Shown here piece after piece: positions 37,256 through 49,245 of a stretch of 64,000 nt of DNA. Position numbers and translations under genes: made by a program. The notes beneath the pieces are model-generated. The model was not told the origin of the DNA and did not search any database. It saw nothing but the letters and a program-made list of their open reading frames with translations. How positions within the stretch are numbered: position 1 is the stretch's first letter; each line of letters starts with the position of its first letter. Source of the DNA: Camelus dromedarius (lineage: Eukaryota); NCBI RefSeq assembly GCF_036321535.1, contig NC_087447.1:48548001-48612000 (forward strand), given 5' to 3'.

Positions 37256-37659
37256 GTAAGTACAAAGGTTGAAGGAGCCCAGCAGTGCTGGCCAACTCCA
37301 ACAGAGATATTTGCTGGTTGTAAATGATATCGTAAGGTTGTAAATATCTCTGCCTGGTTTGGGTCACCATTCCTTTCTTCTTCCTCCTCATCACTGAGCC
37401 CAGTGTGTGTATTTCTGCAAAGCCATGGTTGGTTGTTGCTGTGTGCTCTGGTCCAGTAGATTGCTGCTGAGCAGACATTAAATTGTGCCTAGTTCCTTAC
37501 CCCCATTGTGATGTGTAATTCTTCTTGAGATGCCCCTTCCTATGGAGGCTGGGATGGGAATCCATCCTTTTCCAGGCTCTTGAAGAAGTTCCGTATGCCA
37601 TCTCCTGCTCTTCTGTTGAGGAAGGCAGGGCAGGCCTTGAAGGCTGTGTAGAGATCTGG

Positions 37660-37882
37660 AGCATGGTTTCCAGCCTCAGCACTATTAACATTTGGGGCCA
37701 GTAATCCTTTGTGGTGGGGGCTGTTCTATGCATTTAACACAGATGTTTACAACATTCCTGGCCTTTACATGCTAGAAGCCAGTAGCACCCCCAACACACA
37801 CAGTCATTACAAGCAAAAATGTTTCTAGTTTTTACCAAGTGTCTCAAGGGAGGCAAAGTCATTCCCAGATGAGAACTACTGG
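37660..37882. mobile_element. MER20-like hAT-Charlie element
   Basis: cctcagcactattaacatttggggcc ... ccagtagcacccc ... tgagaactactg. Confidence 0.75.
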
Positions 37883-38586
37883 GTCTAAAAGGAAAAAGGA
37901 TGCCTTTCATTGTAGGAAGCTCTTTGTCTGATTAGGGAGATGCAGTTGGTCTCTTTGTTGAGGAGGAGGAAGAAGAGAGACTTGGTGACCCAAACCACAT
38001 GGTCCTGGCCCCACCTCAATCTGTGCTACAGAAGTCTTCTGATCCTCAGAGAGTCCACAAGCCTAGTGGAGAGTCACACCTGCCAGTTGAAAAGTCTGTT
38101 ATCTGATTTTGGTGAGGGTCTAAGGGAACTTGTTCCCCACCCTCTGGAAGTTTGAAGAAGAAATGTTGAAGAAAAAGAAATGGTTTCTGTGTTACAGAGT
38201 TCTGAATGCCAGGGCCTGGGAGGTGAGAATGACAAGGCAGGGAAGGTACTGGGAATGAGGATAGGAGCCTGGTACAGAGAACAACACAAGTGATTCCCTC
38301 ATGCCAAACTACTCCTCAAGCAGCTGACCATTGATGAATCCAAGAATCAACAGTAAAGATTTAATTTCTCCTAATAAACAGTTTTTGGGGCCCCTGGCCC
38401 ATTTGGATCCTTGATCAAGTCAGCAGTACACTGAGAGCAGACTCTGTGTTTAGCCCTGAAGAGGTGGTTGAGATCGGCAAGAACCTTGATGATTGTTAGG
38501 GAGGGCTTCCTGGAGGAGACAGGGTAAACAGGGGGAAAGCTAGTGACAGTCACATTTGTCTTCCTTTCTCTTTCTACTCTTCACAG

Positions 38587-38605
38587 TGTGTTTCCTGGCT
38601 GTTAG
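38587..38605 (+). CDS. PPME1: PPME1 terminal exon 14, coding part (VFPGC-stop)
   Basis: Long pyrimidine tract and cAG acceptor; TAG at 38603-38605 followed immediately by TGA; gives the C-terminus CVFPGC. Confidence 0.95.
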
Positions 38606-39066
38606 TGACCTGCTATCCATCCCTCCCTCAACATTGAGCTCTGTTGTAAATACATCGCACCAGAGGCCACTGTGATGCCGCTGTCTCCTCACCATCCTGC
38701 CCGACCATGTGACACCGGCTCCCTATAGACGGGCATCCCCAGATGTACAAACCCTTTTGTGTATTCCTGCCAAAAGCATTGTGTTCCAGGGCCTTTGACC
38801 AACATCAGCCTCCCCAGGCTAAGGCTCCCTAGCCTCTATCCCTTCCCAGTTCAGGGGTAGCCCCTGCCTGTTCTCCCTGCCTTGCCTAAGGTGAAGCCAT
38901 CAGAACTGCCACCCTGGGCCCCTGTTCCTAGCATTAGGCAATGTACCTGGGTTCAGATGTTTCTCCAGGCTCAGGGACCTCCATTCCTTGAGATTGTTCT
39001 TGCCATGGTCCTGCCCTACCTTACAGGATGGACCATGTGCAGGGTGGTCCTTATTTTTCCCTTTCA

Positions 39067-39072
39067 AATAAA
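39067..39072 (+). terminator. PPME1: Proximal poly(A) signal AATAAA in the PPME1 3'UTR
   Basis: AATAAA ~460 nt after the stop, with T-rich flanks. Confidence 0.55.
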
Positions 39073-39782
39073 ACACCAGTAGGGTACCTTTTTATCCCAG
39101 TCTTACTATTCTAGGCTTGGAAGATCCAGAGAAGCCAGGATCCCACCCTTAGGTACAGGAAAGTGTAGTGGATAGCATCACAAGAAACCAGCCTGAAAAT
39201 CAGGTCCAGCCAGTCCAAGCACATGACCTCCCATCTGGGGAGAGCCCACTGTCCCACTCCCACGTGTCTGGGCACCTGCCCTGGGCTGAAACCAGGCTGC
39301 TCCAGGGGCCTCTTGAGACTTCACTTGCCACGGAGCAACCCAGGTTGAATACAGCCCATGCACAAAGCCACAGACGAGAGCCCATGGAGTTGTTTTCAAG
39401 AAGCAAATTTAACCATTTTCATAATTGGTCCCTAGAGATGTGCAGAGTGCCCACTTGCCTCTTCTAAACCCACAGCTTATCTTAGCCATTTGTGGTATTC
39501 ATGCCACTCTTCATAGAAACAGTACAGCCCAGCATCCTCAATCTTTGCCTTCTTCCAGCTGCCTCATCAAAGCATTGCGGCCTCCCCCTGCTGCCCAGGC
39601 ACGCCATTTCCAAGGGCAGAGAGGGGCAGTCTCCTGCAGCCCATCTCTTCTGTGACTGTCTTAGGTGATGCATAGCTCCCTCCACCTTTCCACCCAACAA
39701 CCTCCTACCCCTGTCCTGCTGCAGGGTCCGGAGTCTGGGACCTTCTTTGTTTCTTTGTTAATTTATGACCTTGTTTAAAGAA

Positions 39783-39788
39783 AATAAA
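39783..39788 (+). terminator. PPME1: Distal poly(A) signal AATAAA of PPME1
   Basis: AATAAA with a U-rich upstream element and GT/T-rich downstream sequence (39810-39845). Confidence 0.75.
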
Positions 39789-41441
39789 TATCCCCAACCT
39801 TTATCTATCTGGTCTTTCTCTATGGAGTTGTCCTTATTTTTGTTGATCTGGGGGCATGGGATAGTTTATTGGATTTAGTCACCATAGAGCTCCGAAAAAC
39901 CTTTCCTACAGCCTATCAACATCTTATGCTCTGCCTGCTTCCCAGATCCAGAATGCCCAGTGGAATGGACAGAGCCAGCCTCCAACTGCAGCCAGAGACT
40001 GAATTTCAGTCTCATCTCTTCCAATTATTTTCTATGTTGACTTTGACCCAGAACAGGACAGTCTATGCACTGGCCACATGACGTCAGATACTCAGGGCTT
40101 CACATCTGCCAACACCCAAACTTTGTTCACAACCTAGATCATCTCCTGAACTCTAGACACTTAGGTCCGTCCGCTTCTTCATCTCTCTCTCAGATGACCA
40201 GAAGCCACTCATATTGACCATTCCTAAACTGAACTCACCTTCCCCCTAAAACTTTTTCTTCCCCCCATGATTCCTAGCTCAGTAGTAGTAGGTACCACCA
40301 TCTCTCCATGTGTCCAAACCAGGCAGCCAAAGCACCCTAGCTGGCTCCTTCTCTTACATCCATATCCAGTCTGCCATCAAACCCTGTCTATTCTCTGTTC
40401 TATATCCCCTCTTCTTTGCCACAGTCCCTCCCCTGGTTATTCTCTACTTCTGTTGGAGTCCTCTTCCTAGTAGGCTTTGGAGCCAGGCTACCTCATTTAG
40501 AACCTAAGGCCCATCCTTGACTGGCTGTGTGAGATAGCTGTGTACTTCTTTGTGCTGCAGTTTCCTCATCTGAAAAGTGGAGCTCAATAGTATTTACCCC
40601 ACAGGGTTGTAAGGACTACAAAAGTGAATATAAGTTAACAGGGTTTCCCAGTAACTGAAGCAGAGTAGGCACTTTATAAATAGTTCCTAACATGTCACTC
40701 CCATATTATACTTATGACCTTCTTTACTCAAAGTGGTCTGTGGGCCAGTAGCATCAGTATGTGGAAGATTTTGTTCCTACCCCAGACCTATTGAGTCAGT
40801 ACTGATGTACATTCCAACAAGCACATTAATTCTGAGACGTTCTGGTTTAGATGTTCACTAAATTATTTCTCAGTAAATCGTGAGTCCCTAGCAGAGAAGA
40901 AAAGTGCCTTTTGTGTGATCTGCACCCCCCCCCCCCCACCAAGCCCTTTGGGGTGGGCAGGGGCAGGCCAAGGTCTCTGCTGGGCTCTGAGCCCTCTGTC
41001 CACAAGGGGGCAGCATGGTCAAATGTATGCTTTTCGGGGTCCACATCAGCCACTTCTGTTCACCAGGCAAGTCATACCTGTCATTAAAGTTTGAGCATCA
41101 GCTAATTCATAGCAACCCTATGAGGTAAGTGATGTTTTCCTTTTACAGATAGACATCAGATCGAAATTTATATAGCTCAGAAGTGGTCATGTCAGAATTC
41201 AAACCTAGGTTATTTTCTCTTCATGCTGCCTCCTAGACAGTAAAGGGGACTCTGAGCAGAGGTCATTTTGGTACAGATACCAGACTTAGAAGAGCAAGAG
41301 GATGATGACCAGGCTTGATGGATGGAGACTGAGAATGAATGAAACGTTCGTTGAGCTTTGTGTTAGATACTGTGCTAGTCACCTACATCTTTATCCTTTG
41401 TATCCTTGTGAGGAAGTATAGGCATTATTATCTCCAATTTA

Positions 41442-42814
41442 TCTTTCATTGTTATTTTTTAAGTTCACATAAATTATTTTTAATTGAAGTATAGTTGATT
41501 TACAATGTTGTGTTAGTTTCAAGTGTACAGCAAAGTGATTCAGTTATGCATATTTATACCTATTCTTTTTCAGATTCTTTTCTATTATAGGTTATTATAA
41601 GATATTGAATGTAGTTCCCTGTGGTATACAGTAGGTCCTTGTTGTTTATCTATTTTATATATAGTAATGTGTATCAGTTAATCCTAAACTCCTAACTTAT
41701 CTCTCCCCTGCCCTTTCCCCTCTGGTAACCATAGTTTGTTTTCTATGTCTGTGAGTCTATTTTTGGTTTGTAAATAAAATTTGTATCATTTTTTTAGATT
41801 CCACATATAAGAGATATCATATGATATTTGTCTTTCTCTAGCTGACTTACTTCACTTAGTATGATAATCTGTAGGTCCATCCATGTTACTGCCAATGGTA
41901 TTATTTCATTCTTTTTATGGCTGAGTAATATTCCATTATGTATATATACCACATCTTCTTTATCCATTCTTCTGTCGATGGAGATTTAGGTTGTTTCCAT
42001 GTCTTGGCTGTTGTAAATAGTGCTGCTATGAACATTGGGGTGCATTTGTCTTTTTGAATTAGAGTTTTTGTCTTTTCCAGATATATGCCCAGAATTGGGA
42101 TTGCTGGATCATATGGTAACTCTTTTTTTTTTTTTTTGTAACTCTATTTTTAGTTTTAAAAGGAACCTCCATACTGTTCTCCACAGTGGCTGCACCAATT
42201 TACATTCCCACCAACAGTGTAGGAGGGTTCCCTTTTTTGCATACCCTCTCCAGCATTCATTGTTTGTGCTCTTTTTGATGATGGGCATTCTGACCAGTGT
42301 TTTGATTTGCATTTCTCTGTTAATTAGTGATGTGGTGCATCTTTTCATATGCCTGTTGGCCATCTGTATGTCTTCTTTGAAGAAATGTCTATTTAGGTCT
42401 TCTGCCCATTTTTTGATTGGGTTGGTTGGTTTGTTTTTATATTAAGCTGTGTGAATTGTTTGTATAATATGGAAATTAATCCTTTGTCTGTTGTATAATT
42501 TGCAAATATTTTCTTCCAGTCCGTAGGTTGTCCTTTCATTTCGTTTATGGTTTTGTTTACTGTGCAAAAGCCTTTAAGTTTAATTAGGTCCCATCTGTTT
42601 ATTTTTGCTTTTATTTCTATTACTCTAGGAGACAAATCTAAAAAAAATATTGCTGTGATTTATGTCAGAGTGTTCTGCCTGTTTTCCTCTAGGCATTTTA
42701 TAGTATCCACCAGTCTTATATTTAGGTCTTTATTCTATTTTTAATTTCTTTTTGTATATGGTGTTAGAGAATGTTCTAATTTCATTCTTTTACATGTAGC
42801 TGTCCAGTTTTCCC
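41442..42814 (-). mobile_element. 5'-truncated L1 (3'UTR plus ORF2 C-terminus) interrupting a MIR
   Basis: ORFs 42109..42363 and 42393..42635 translate to the L1 ORF2 C-terminal domain ([20 protein letters not shown]); TSD ccaattta at 41434-41441 and 42815-42822. Confidence 0.9.
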
Positions 42815-45139
42815 CCAATTTAAAGGCAAGGAAGCTGAATTTCAGAGATGTGAAATGACTTGCCCATAGACATGGCTGCGAGGTGGCAGCATCTTTGAAC
42901 CTTCTACTGTACCCCAGCAGAGAAAAGACTGTTCATGTATGTTCACACAACATATCTTTAAGGAGCACCTACTATGTGCTGGATGTAACAACATCCTTGT
43001 GAAGCCTACAGATCAGCACTCCAAACTCAGAAGAGAATAAAACAGATCCTTGGACCCTATAAATGAAGGATTTTACAGAGCCAGAAGGAATATATTTGGG
43101 TCAAACTAGAGGCCATTCTGTCAGACACGCACACTAAAGAATGTCCAAGGAAAACTCCCCAAAAGAAGGTAGGCAAACGTTGGGGGTAGACACAGATCTA
43201 ATGGCGGGGGGGAAAGTCTTGAGATTGAGAGGATGCAAAGGCATGAGGAAAGTTGGGCATAACTTGTTGGTGTTTCCCTCTTCTAAACCTACCATTATGA
43301 GCATTTATATGCTGATTAAGCAAATCTGAGCACTTTATTTGTGCCTAGCCTCCAGTGGACTTTGGAGACAGAGATAAATGAATAATGAGGCCCTTCAAAT
43401 GAGCTCATAGTCTAGATAGACCATTACAGAAACAGTGACTACATTGTCCAAAGGGAAGGAGACAACTATACCTCTTTGGAAACTGGCCAGGGATGGATTC
43501 ACAAAGTAAGTAGCATTTAAGTTGAGCTTTGAAGCATCATGACAAGGTGGAGGTAGAGAAGGAAGGGAAGTATATTGCAGGGAGAGGGGACAGCATGCAC
43601 AAGCCCAGGAGACTTGAAAGTCAGTCTGATACAGCTGGAGGATTAGTATGGTTAGTATGGCTGGAGTAGAAGCTGTGACAGGAGAGGCAGCAGGAGACAG
43701 GATATAAAGGCCTTGAGTGGTAAGATGGCGAGTTGTCAGAAGTTAAGGAAAGCCACTCTGGTATCCATATAGATGGACTGGCAGGCACCAGATTAGAGGC
43801 AGGGGCAGCAGTAAACAGGCAGTGGTAGTCCAGGTAAAAGGCAAAGGTATACTTAACTAGGACAGTGGCTGCAGAGATGAAAGATGGAGAAAGGCTCGAT
43901 ATTTCAGAGGTGGAATGAATAAGACAAACTGATTTGGACAGTGAGGAGCCAAACACCCTTAAGTTGTCATCAAGGGCCTGTCATCAGAACTGGAGGTGGG
44001 GAGTTAAAAAGTGAAGACTTTTAACTAGGGAAAAGCAAGAAGACAGTCTACAGCAGGAGTGGAGGAAGCAAACAGCAGTCCTACTCTTCCCTGCAGGGAC
44101 TGTGTTTTGTTTGTAATCTTCGAGCCAACTCTTCTCCTGCCCCAGCTGGCTGCCCCATCAGCGGCCAGTGTCAACACATTCTCAGTCTGGGTCCAGGGCT
44201 CAGAAAGTTATGTAAACCCAGGAGGCTCCTGTATTCCTAGAGCTGGCTTCCTCTCCCAGCAGTTTGCTCGAAAACCCCAGCCTGTAGCCAGGCAAAACCT
44301 TGGAAGCTAAGACTAGCCAAGTAGCTGGCCTCTTACAGGTGGATGGAGGGAACAGTTAACCGGGTAGTTAACTGAGTGATGATCGATGATGATACCACAT
44401 ATCAATGGCTAATCAAATGTAAACTTAGAATAACTGACACAATGCACTATATGCCATTTACAAAGCATACTTACAGCCTTTTGAGACCTCACAACTCCAT
44501 GGAGGTTGTAGGGCAAATTAGTAGTGCCATCCTACAGATGAGGAAATGAGAGCTCTGCTGAAGAAAGTGATTTGCCCAAGGTCACACAATAGCACAATCT
44601 GGACTAGGGCTCAGGTCACCAGACTCCCAGACCAGTGCATGTCTTGTCACTCCCGAAGATTCTGGGAAAGAGACAAGGAGCGAGCCAGGTTTGTGAAGAT
44701 TAGGGCCTGGTGACAGGATACATGCTCCAAGCTCAGTTCAGCCACTTATCAGCTGCGTGACCTTTGGCACATCACTTTGTTTAGAACTTCAGGTTCCTCA
44801 TTGAAAAAAATGCATTAATAATCCTTAATTCATAAGGTGTCATAAGGGCTAAATGAAACTGAGTATACAAATAGGTGCTTCCTGCAGTGTTGGGATGAAG
44901 AGCAGAAAATACCATGGTGCTAAGAAGAAGTGGGATGAATTCATCCTGATTGGGACTCTCAGAGGTAGGGGACATGAAGGCAAAAGCCTTAGATCCAAGG
45001 TCCGTTGGTTCCCCACTCAGCTATACCAAGTAGGGCTGCTCTCAGGCAGAACAGAATTAGTTTGATTTGATTTGCAGTGCCAATCAAGGACTGTAAACCC
45101 TTCTCTGGACTAGGAATGTCCTTCTCAAATATTTAGCAC

Positions 45140-45860
45140 CTTTTTAACTGCAATAAAATATTCATAATATAGTATTTATTATTTTAACCATTTGTACATA
45201 TATGATTCAGTGGCATTAATTACATTCACAATACTGTGTATCCATCACCACTTACACTCAAAATGTTTCATCTTCCCCAGCATAAATGCTGTACCTACCA
45301 AACAGTTCTTCCTTTCGCCCTCTCCCCAGCCCCTGGAAACCTCTACTTTCTGTCTCTGTGAATTTGCCTATTCCAGGTACCTTATGTAAGTGGAATCATA
45401 GAATATTTATCCTTCTGTGTCTAGCTTTTCGCTTAGCATAATTCAAGATCCATCTGTGTTAAAGCATATATCAAAATTTCATTCCTCTTTGTGGCTGAAT
45501 AGTATTCCATTGCATGTATATGCCACAATTTGTTTATCCATTCATCTGTTGTTGGGCTGTTTTCACCTTTTGACCATTGTGAATAATGCTGCTATGAACG
45601 TGGGTGTGTAAATATTTATTTTGAGTCCCTGCTTTCAATTATTTTGGATATATACCAGAAGTGTTACTGGGTCATATGGTAGTTCCATGTTTAACTTTTT
45701 GAGGAACTGACAAACCATTTTCCACAGGAGCTGCAGCATTTTACATTCCTATTAGCAATGTATGAGGGTTCTGATTTCTCCACATCCTCTCCAACACTTG
45801 TTATTTTCCTCTTTAAAAAAATTATAGCCATACTAGTCACTGTGAGGTGGTACCTCACTG
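45140..45860 (-). mobile_element. Older L1 (L1MB-like) 3' fragment
   Basis: Antisense L1 3'UTR motifs. Confidence 0.75.
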
Positions 45861-46527
45861 TGTTTCTCTAGTTTTTGCATTCCATGTCAGCCAGATGTGG
45901 AGGAAGAGGGTGAGCGGGCTGATCCTGGGCAGAACCCTACAGGGGGCTCTGGAATCAGGCATGTGGGCTGATGCTGGCTGGCCCAGGCACTGGAGGCTTG
46001 CCTTGCTTGTCCCTAGGCCTGCAACCCAAGAGCCCAGGGAGCTGAGAGGGAGGAAGGCTTTCTCTGGCCTCAGGCACCAGAGGGCTGATGAGGCTCAGCG
46101 GTGACCAGAGAGAGAACTGACTGAGCAGAGGGAGCAGCATAGACTGCCTTGCTCCTCCATGATGAGCCCACTAACAATTCCTATTTCCTTTTTTTGTTGC
46201 AAGAGAGTTAAAAATAGAAATTCCAGAGCTCTAGAACCTGGAGAGCATTGTGAGAGTTTCTAGGCTGATGGTATCCCCTAGGGGACTATGTGTAATTTTT
46301 AAAAGAATATTTGATAAAATTTTTGAATTGGTAGAGGGGAAAAAATCTGTTTTCTGAAACAGATTGAAAAACACAAAGAGAAAATCTTCTCTCTTGGGTT
46401 ATGTATCCAAATTTTTAAGACTAGAGAAATTTTTAGGTTTATCAAAAGAAAGTGAGTTTGAGAAACATTCATCTAAGGACTCATTATACACTTGTGAGTT
46501 AGGGAGATAAGCTCCCACATCTCTGTA

Positions 46528-46551
46528 ACACACACACACACACACACACAC
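46528..46551. repeat. (AC)12 microsatellite
   Basis: Read directly from the sequence. Confidence 0.9.
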
Positions 46552-47098
46552 GAACCTCCTTCTCTTTCAAGGCCTAAATCACATGTCACATGAGCCCATT
46601 ATACCAGAGATGTAGTGGTGCCCCTTAGGGCTCTTGTAAGATGTTGCCTGTCTTCTTTCCACTAGTCTGGTCATTGTGTGGATTTTCTTCTCTAGGAGCT
46701 CTTCAAGGACAGTCAGTCAGAGTCATCCTAGCAACTCCAGCCCCAGCAAAGGGCCTGGCACAGAGGCAACATCAGTAAAGCTTAGTTGAATGAATGAGTG
46801 ACAGCCACACATGAAATCTGTGCCCATGAAAACACCATCAACGGTTGGTTGATTCTTTTCTATTCTGTCTGCCCACTGTGCTCCTCTTCCAAGAAGCATG
46901 ATCTCTGAGCTGGGAAATCTGCCTTCTAGTCTTAGCTCCACCACTGACACACTGTGTAGCTGTGGACAAGTCATTTCACCTTTCTGGGCCAGAGAAAGTA
47001 ACTGCCATCCTCTGGTCCCATAAGATGATAAGCAGATGGACAGGAGGCATGATGGTCATTATTTTTAGTTATGCTCCATCTCAAAATGTGGTGAGAAA

Positions 47099-47306
47099 TA
47101 ATTTGGGAGTTTGAGATTTGCGAATGTTAGCCACTATATATAAAAATAGATTTAAAAAAAAGCTTTTTCTGTATAGCACAGGGAACTATATTCAGTATCT
47201 TGTAATAACCTTTATAAGGTTATTACGTGTATATGCATGACTGGGCCATTGTGCTGTATGCCAGAAATTGACACATTGTAACTAACTGTACTTCAATTAA
47301 AAAAAA
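47099..47306 (+). mobile_element. Short young L1 3' end with poly(A) tail
   Basis: 16-bp TSD aaaatgtggtgagaaa at 47083-47098 and 47307-47322. Confidence 0.88.
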
Positions 47307-48134
47307 AAAATGTGGTGAGAAAGACAGTAGTTATCTGTGGGGATCCATCTGATCCATGACCTTAAATCCTTAGCCAAATAGACACCTCATTCCTTTGAGA
47401 TTGTATTTTATTTCACCAGGGGCTACCCATTCCAAAAGCAGTAGGCCCTTGGCAGGGACAAAGGAACCTCTGTCACTCAGACCTTAGGGGAAGCAGGCCT
47501 ATCAAGCATTTGATGGGAAGGGTCATGTTACCAAGGTAGGGACTAAAAGAGAATGGGGCAGAGAGAAAGAAGGGAAAGAGGCAGGCTCTGCTTCCTAGGG
47601 GATCCCAAGGTGAAGAAGAGAGAAAAGTTCAGAGAGAAATGTTAGAAGCAGCTGATGGTGGGAGACCTCCCTAGCTCCATATCCAGCTCTGCTTCTAGCT
47701 TTGTGAACTTAAGGGATTCTTTTCTTTGAGCCTCCTTTTCCTCCCTCACCAAAATAATTGTTGTGAACAAGATAAGGGAGACAAAATAGCTGGCACAGAG
47801 GAGGCATGTTTGTCTCCTCCCTTAGCTGATTGCCTAGTTTTGCTGAATGTTTGGCAGTCTGCAGGCAAATGTCCCTATGTCCCCATGCCACTCTCTCTCC
47901 TTTGGCTTCTCCCAGCCAGAGTGGCCAAGGCCCTCAAACACGGGACTCTGAGTGGTTCCATGAAAGGGCAGTTTGTGCTGGCTGCCCTTGGCATTGCTGG
48001 ACAAGGACCCCCCCCCCCCCCCCCCCAGAATCAACTTCCTCTTCCCAGACAGCTCTCCTTGCCCCCTTGTGTGTGAATAGGGGACAGGTGAGGTGGCAGC
48101 TGCTCCCTGCCCTCTACGGGCATATTCTTACTTT

Positions 48135-49245
48135 TATATATATATATTTTTTTTTTCATTGAAGTATAGTCAGTTTACAATGTTGTGTCAATTTCAGTGT
48201 ACAGCACAATGCTTTGGTCATACATGAACATACATTCATTTCATATTCTTTTTCACCATAAGTTACAAGATATTAAATATAGTTCCCTGTGCTATACAGT
48301 ATAAACTTGTTGTTTATCATTTTATATATATTAGTATCTGCAAATCTCAAAATCTCAATTTATCCCTCCTCACCCTCTTTCTCCCCTGGTGACAATAAGT
48401 TTAAATGTCTGTTTTTGTTTTATAAATAAGTTCGTCCTTTTTTTTAGATTCCACATATAAGTGACATATGGTGTTTTTCTTTCTCTTTCTGGCTTACTTC
48501 ACTTAGAATGACCATCTCCAGGTCTATCCATGTTGCTGCAAATGGCATTGTTTTATTCTTTTTTATGGATGAGTAGGATTCCATTGTATAAATATATCAC
48601 AGCTTCTTTATCCATTCATCTGTCGATGGGCATTTAGGTTGTTTCCATGTCTTGGCTATTGTAAACAGTGCATGTATCTTTTTGAATTAAGGTTCCCTCT
48701 GGATATTTGCCCAGGAGTGGGACTGCTGGATCATGTAAGTCTATTTTTAGTCTTTTGAGGAATCTCCATACTGTTTTCCATAATTGCTGCACCAGACTAC
48801 ATTCCCACCAGCAGTGTAGGAGGGTTCCCTTTTCTCCCCACCTTCTCCAGCATTTGTCATTTGTGGACTTTTGAATGATGGCTATTCTGACTGATGTGAG
48901 GTATTACCTCATTGTAGTTTTGATTTGCATTTCTCTGACAATATTAGTGAGCATTTTCCCATGTGCTTATTAGCCATTTGTATGTCTTCATTGGAGAACT
49001 CCTTGTTTAGGTCTTCTGCCCATTTTTGCTTTGGGTCGTTTGTTTTTTTTTCTTATTAAGTTGTATGAGCTGTTTGTATATTCTGGAAAGTAAGCCCTTG
49101 TCTGTCTCATCTTTTGCAAATATTTTGTCCCATTCTACACGTTGTCTTTTTGTTTTGCTTATGGTTTCCTTTGCTGTGCAAAAGCTTATAAGTTTGATGG
49201 GGTCCTATCTATTTATGCTTTTATTTCTACTGCCTGGGTAGACTT
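48135..49245 (-). mobile_element. 5'-truncated L1, similar to the copy at 24632-26354
   Basis: Antisense L1 text; diverged 20-bp TSD (17/20 identical) at 48115-48134 and 49246-49265. Confidence 0.88.

Noticed and set aside
42035..42744. Cluster of ORFs suggesting a gene
   Set aside because: All are sense or antisense translations of a frameshifted, 5'-truncated L1 ORF2.
48008..48026. Poly-C run (another near 40925)
   Set aside because: Simple homopolymer of unreliable length; no function evident.
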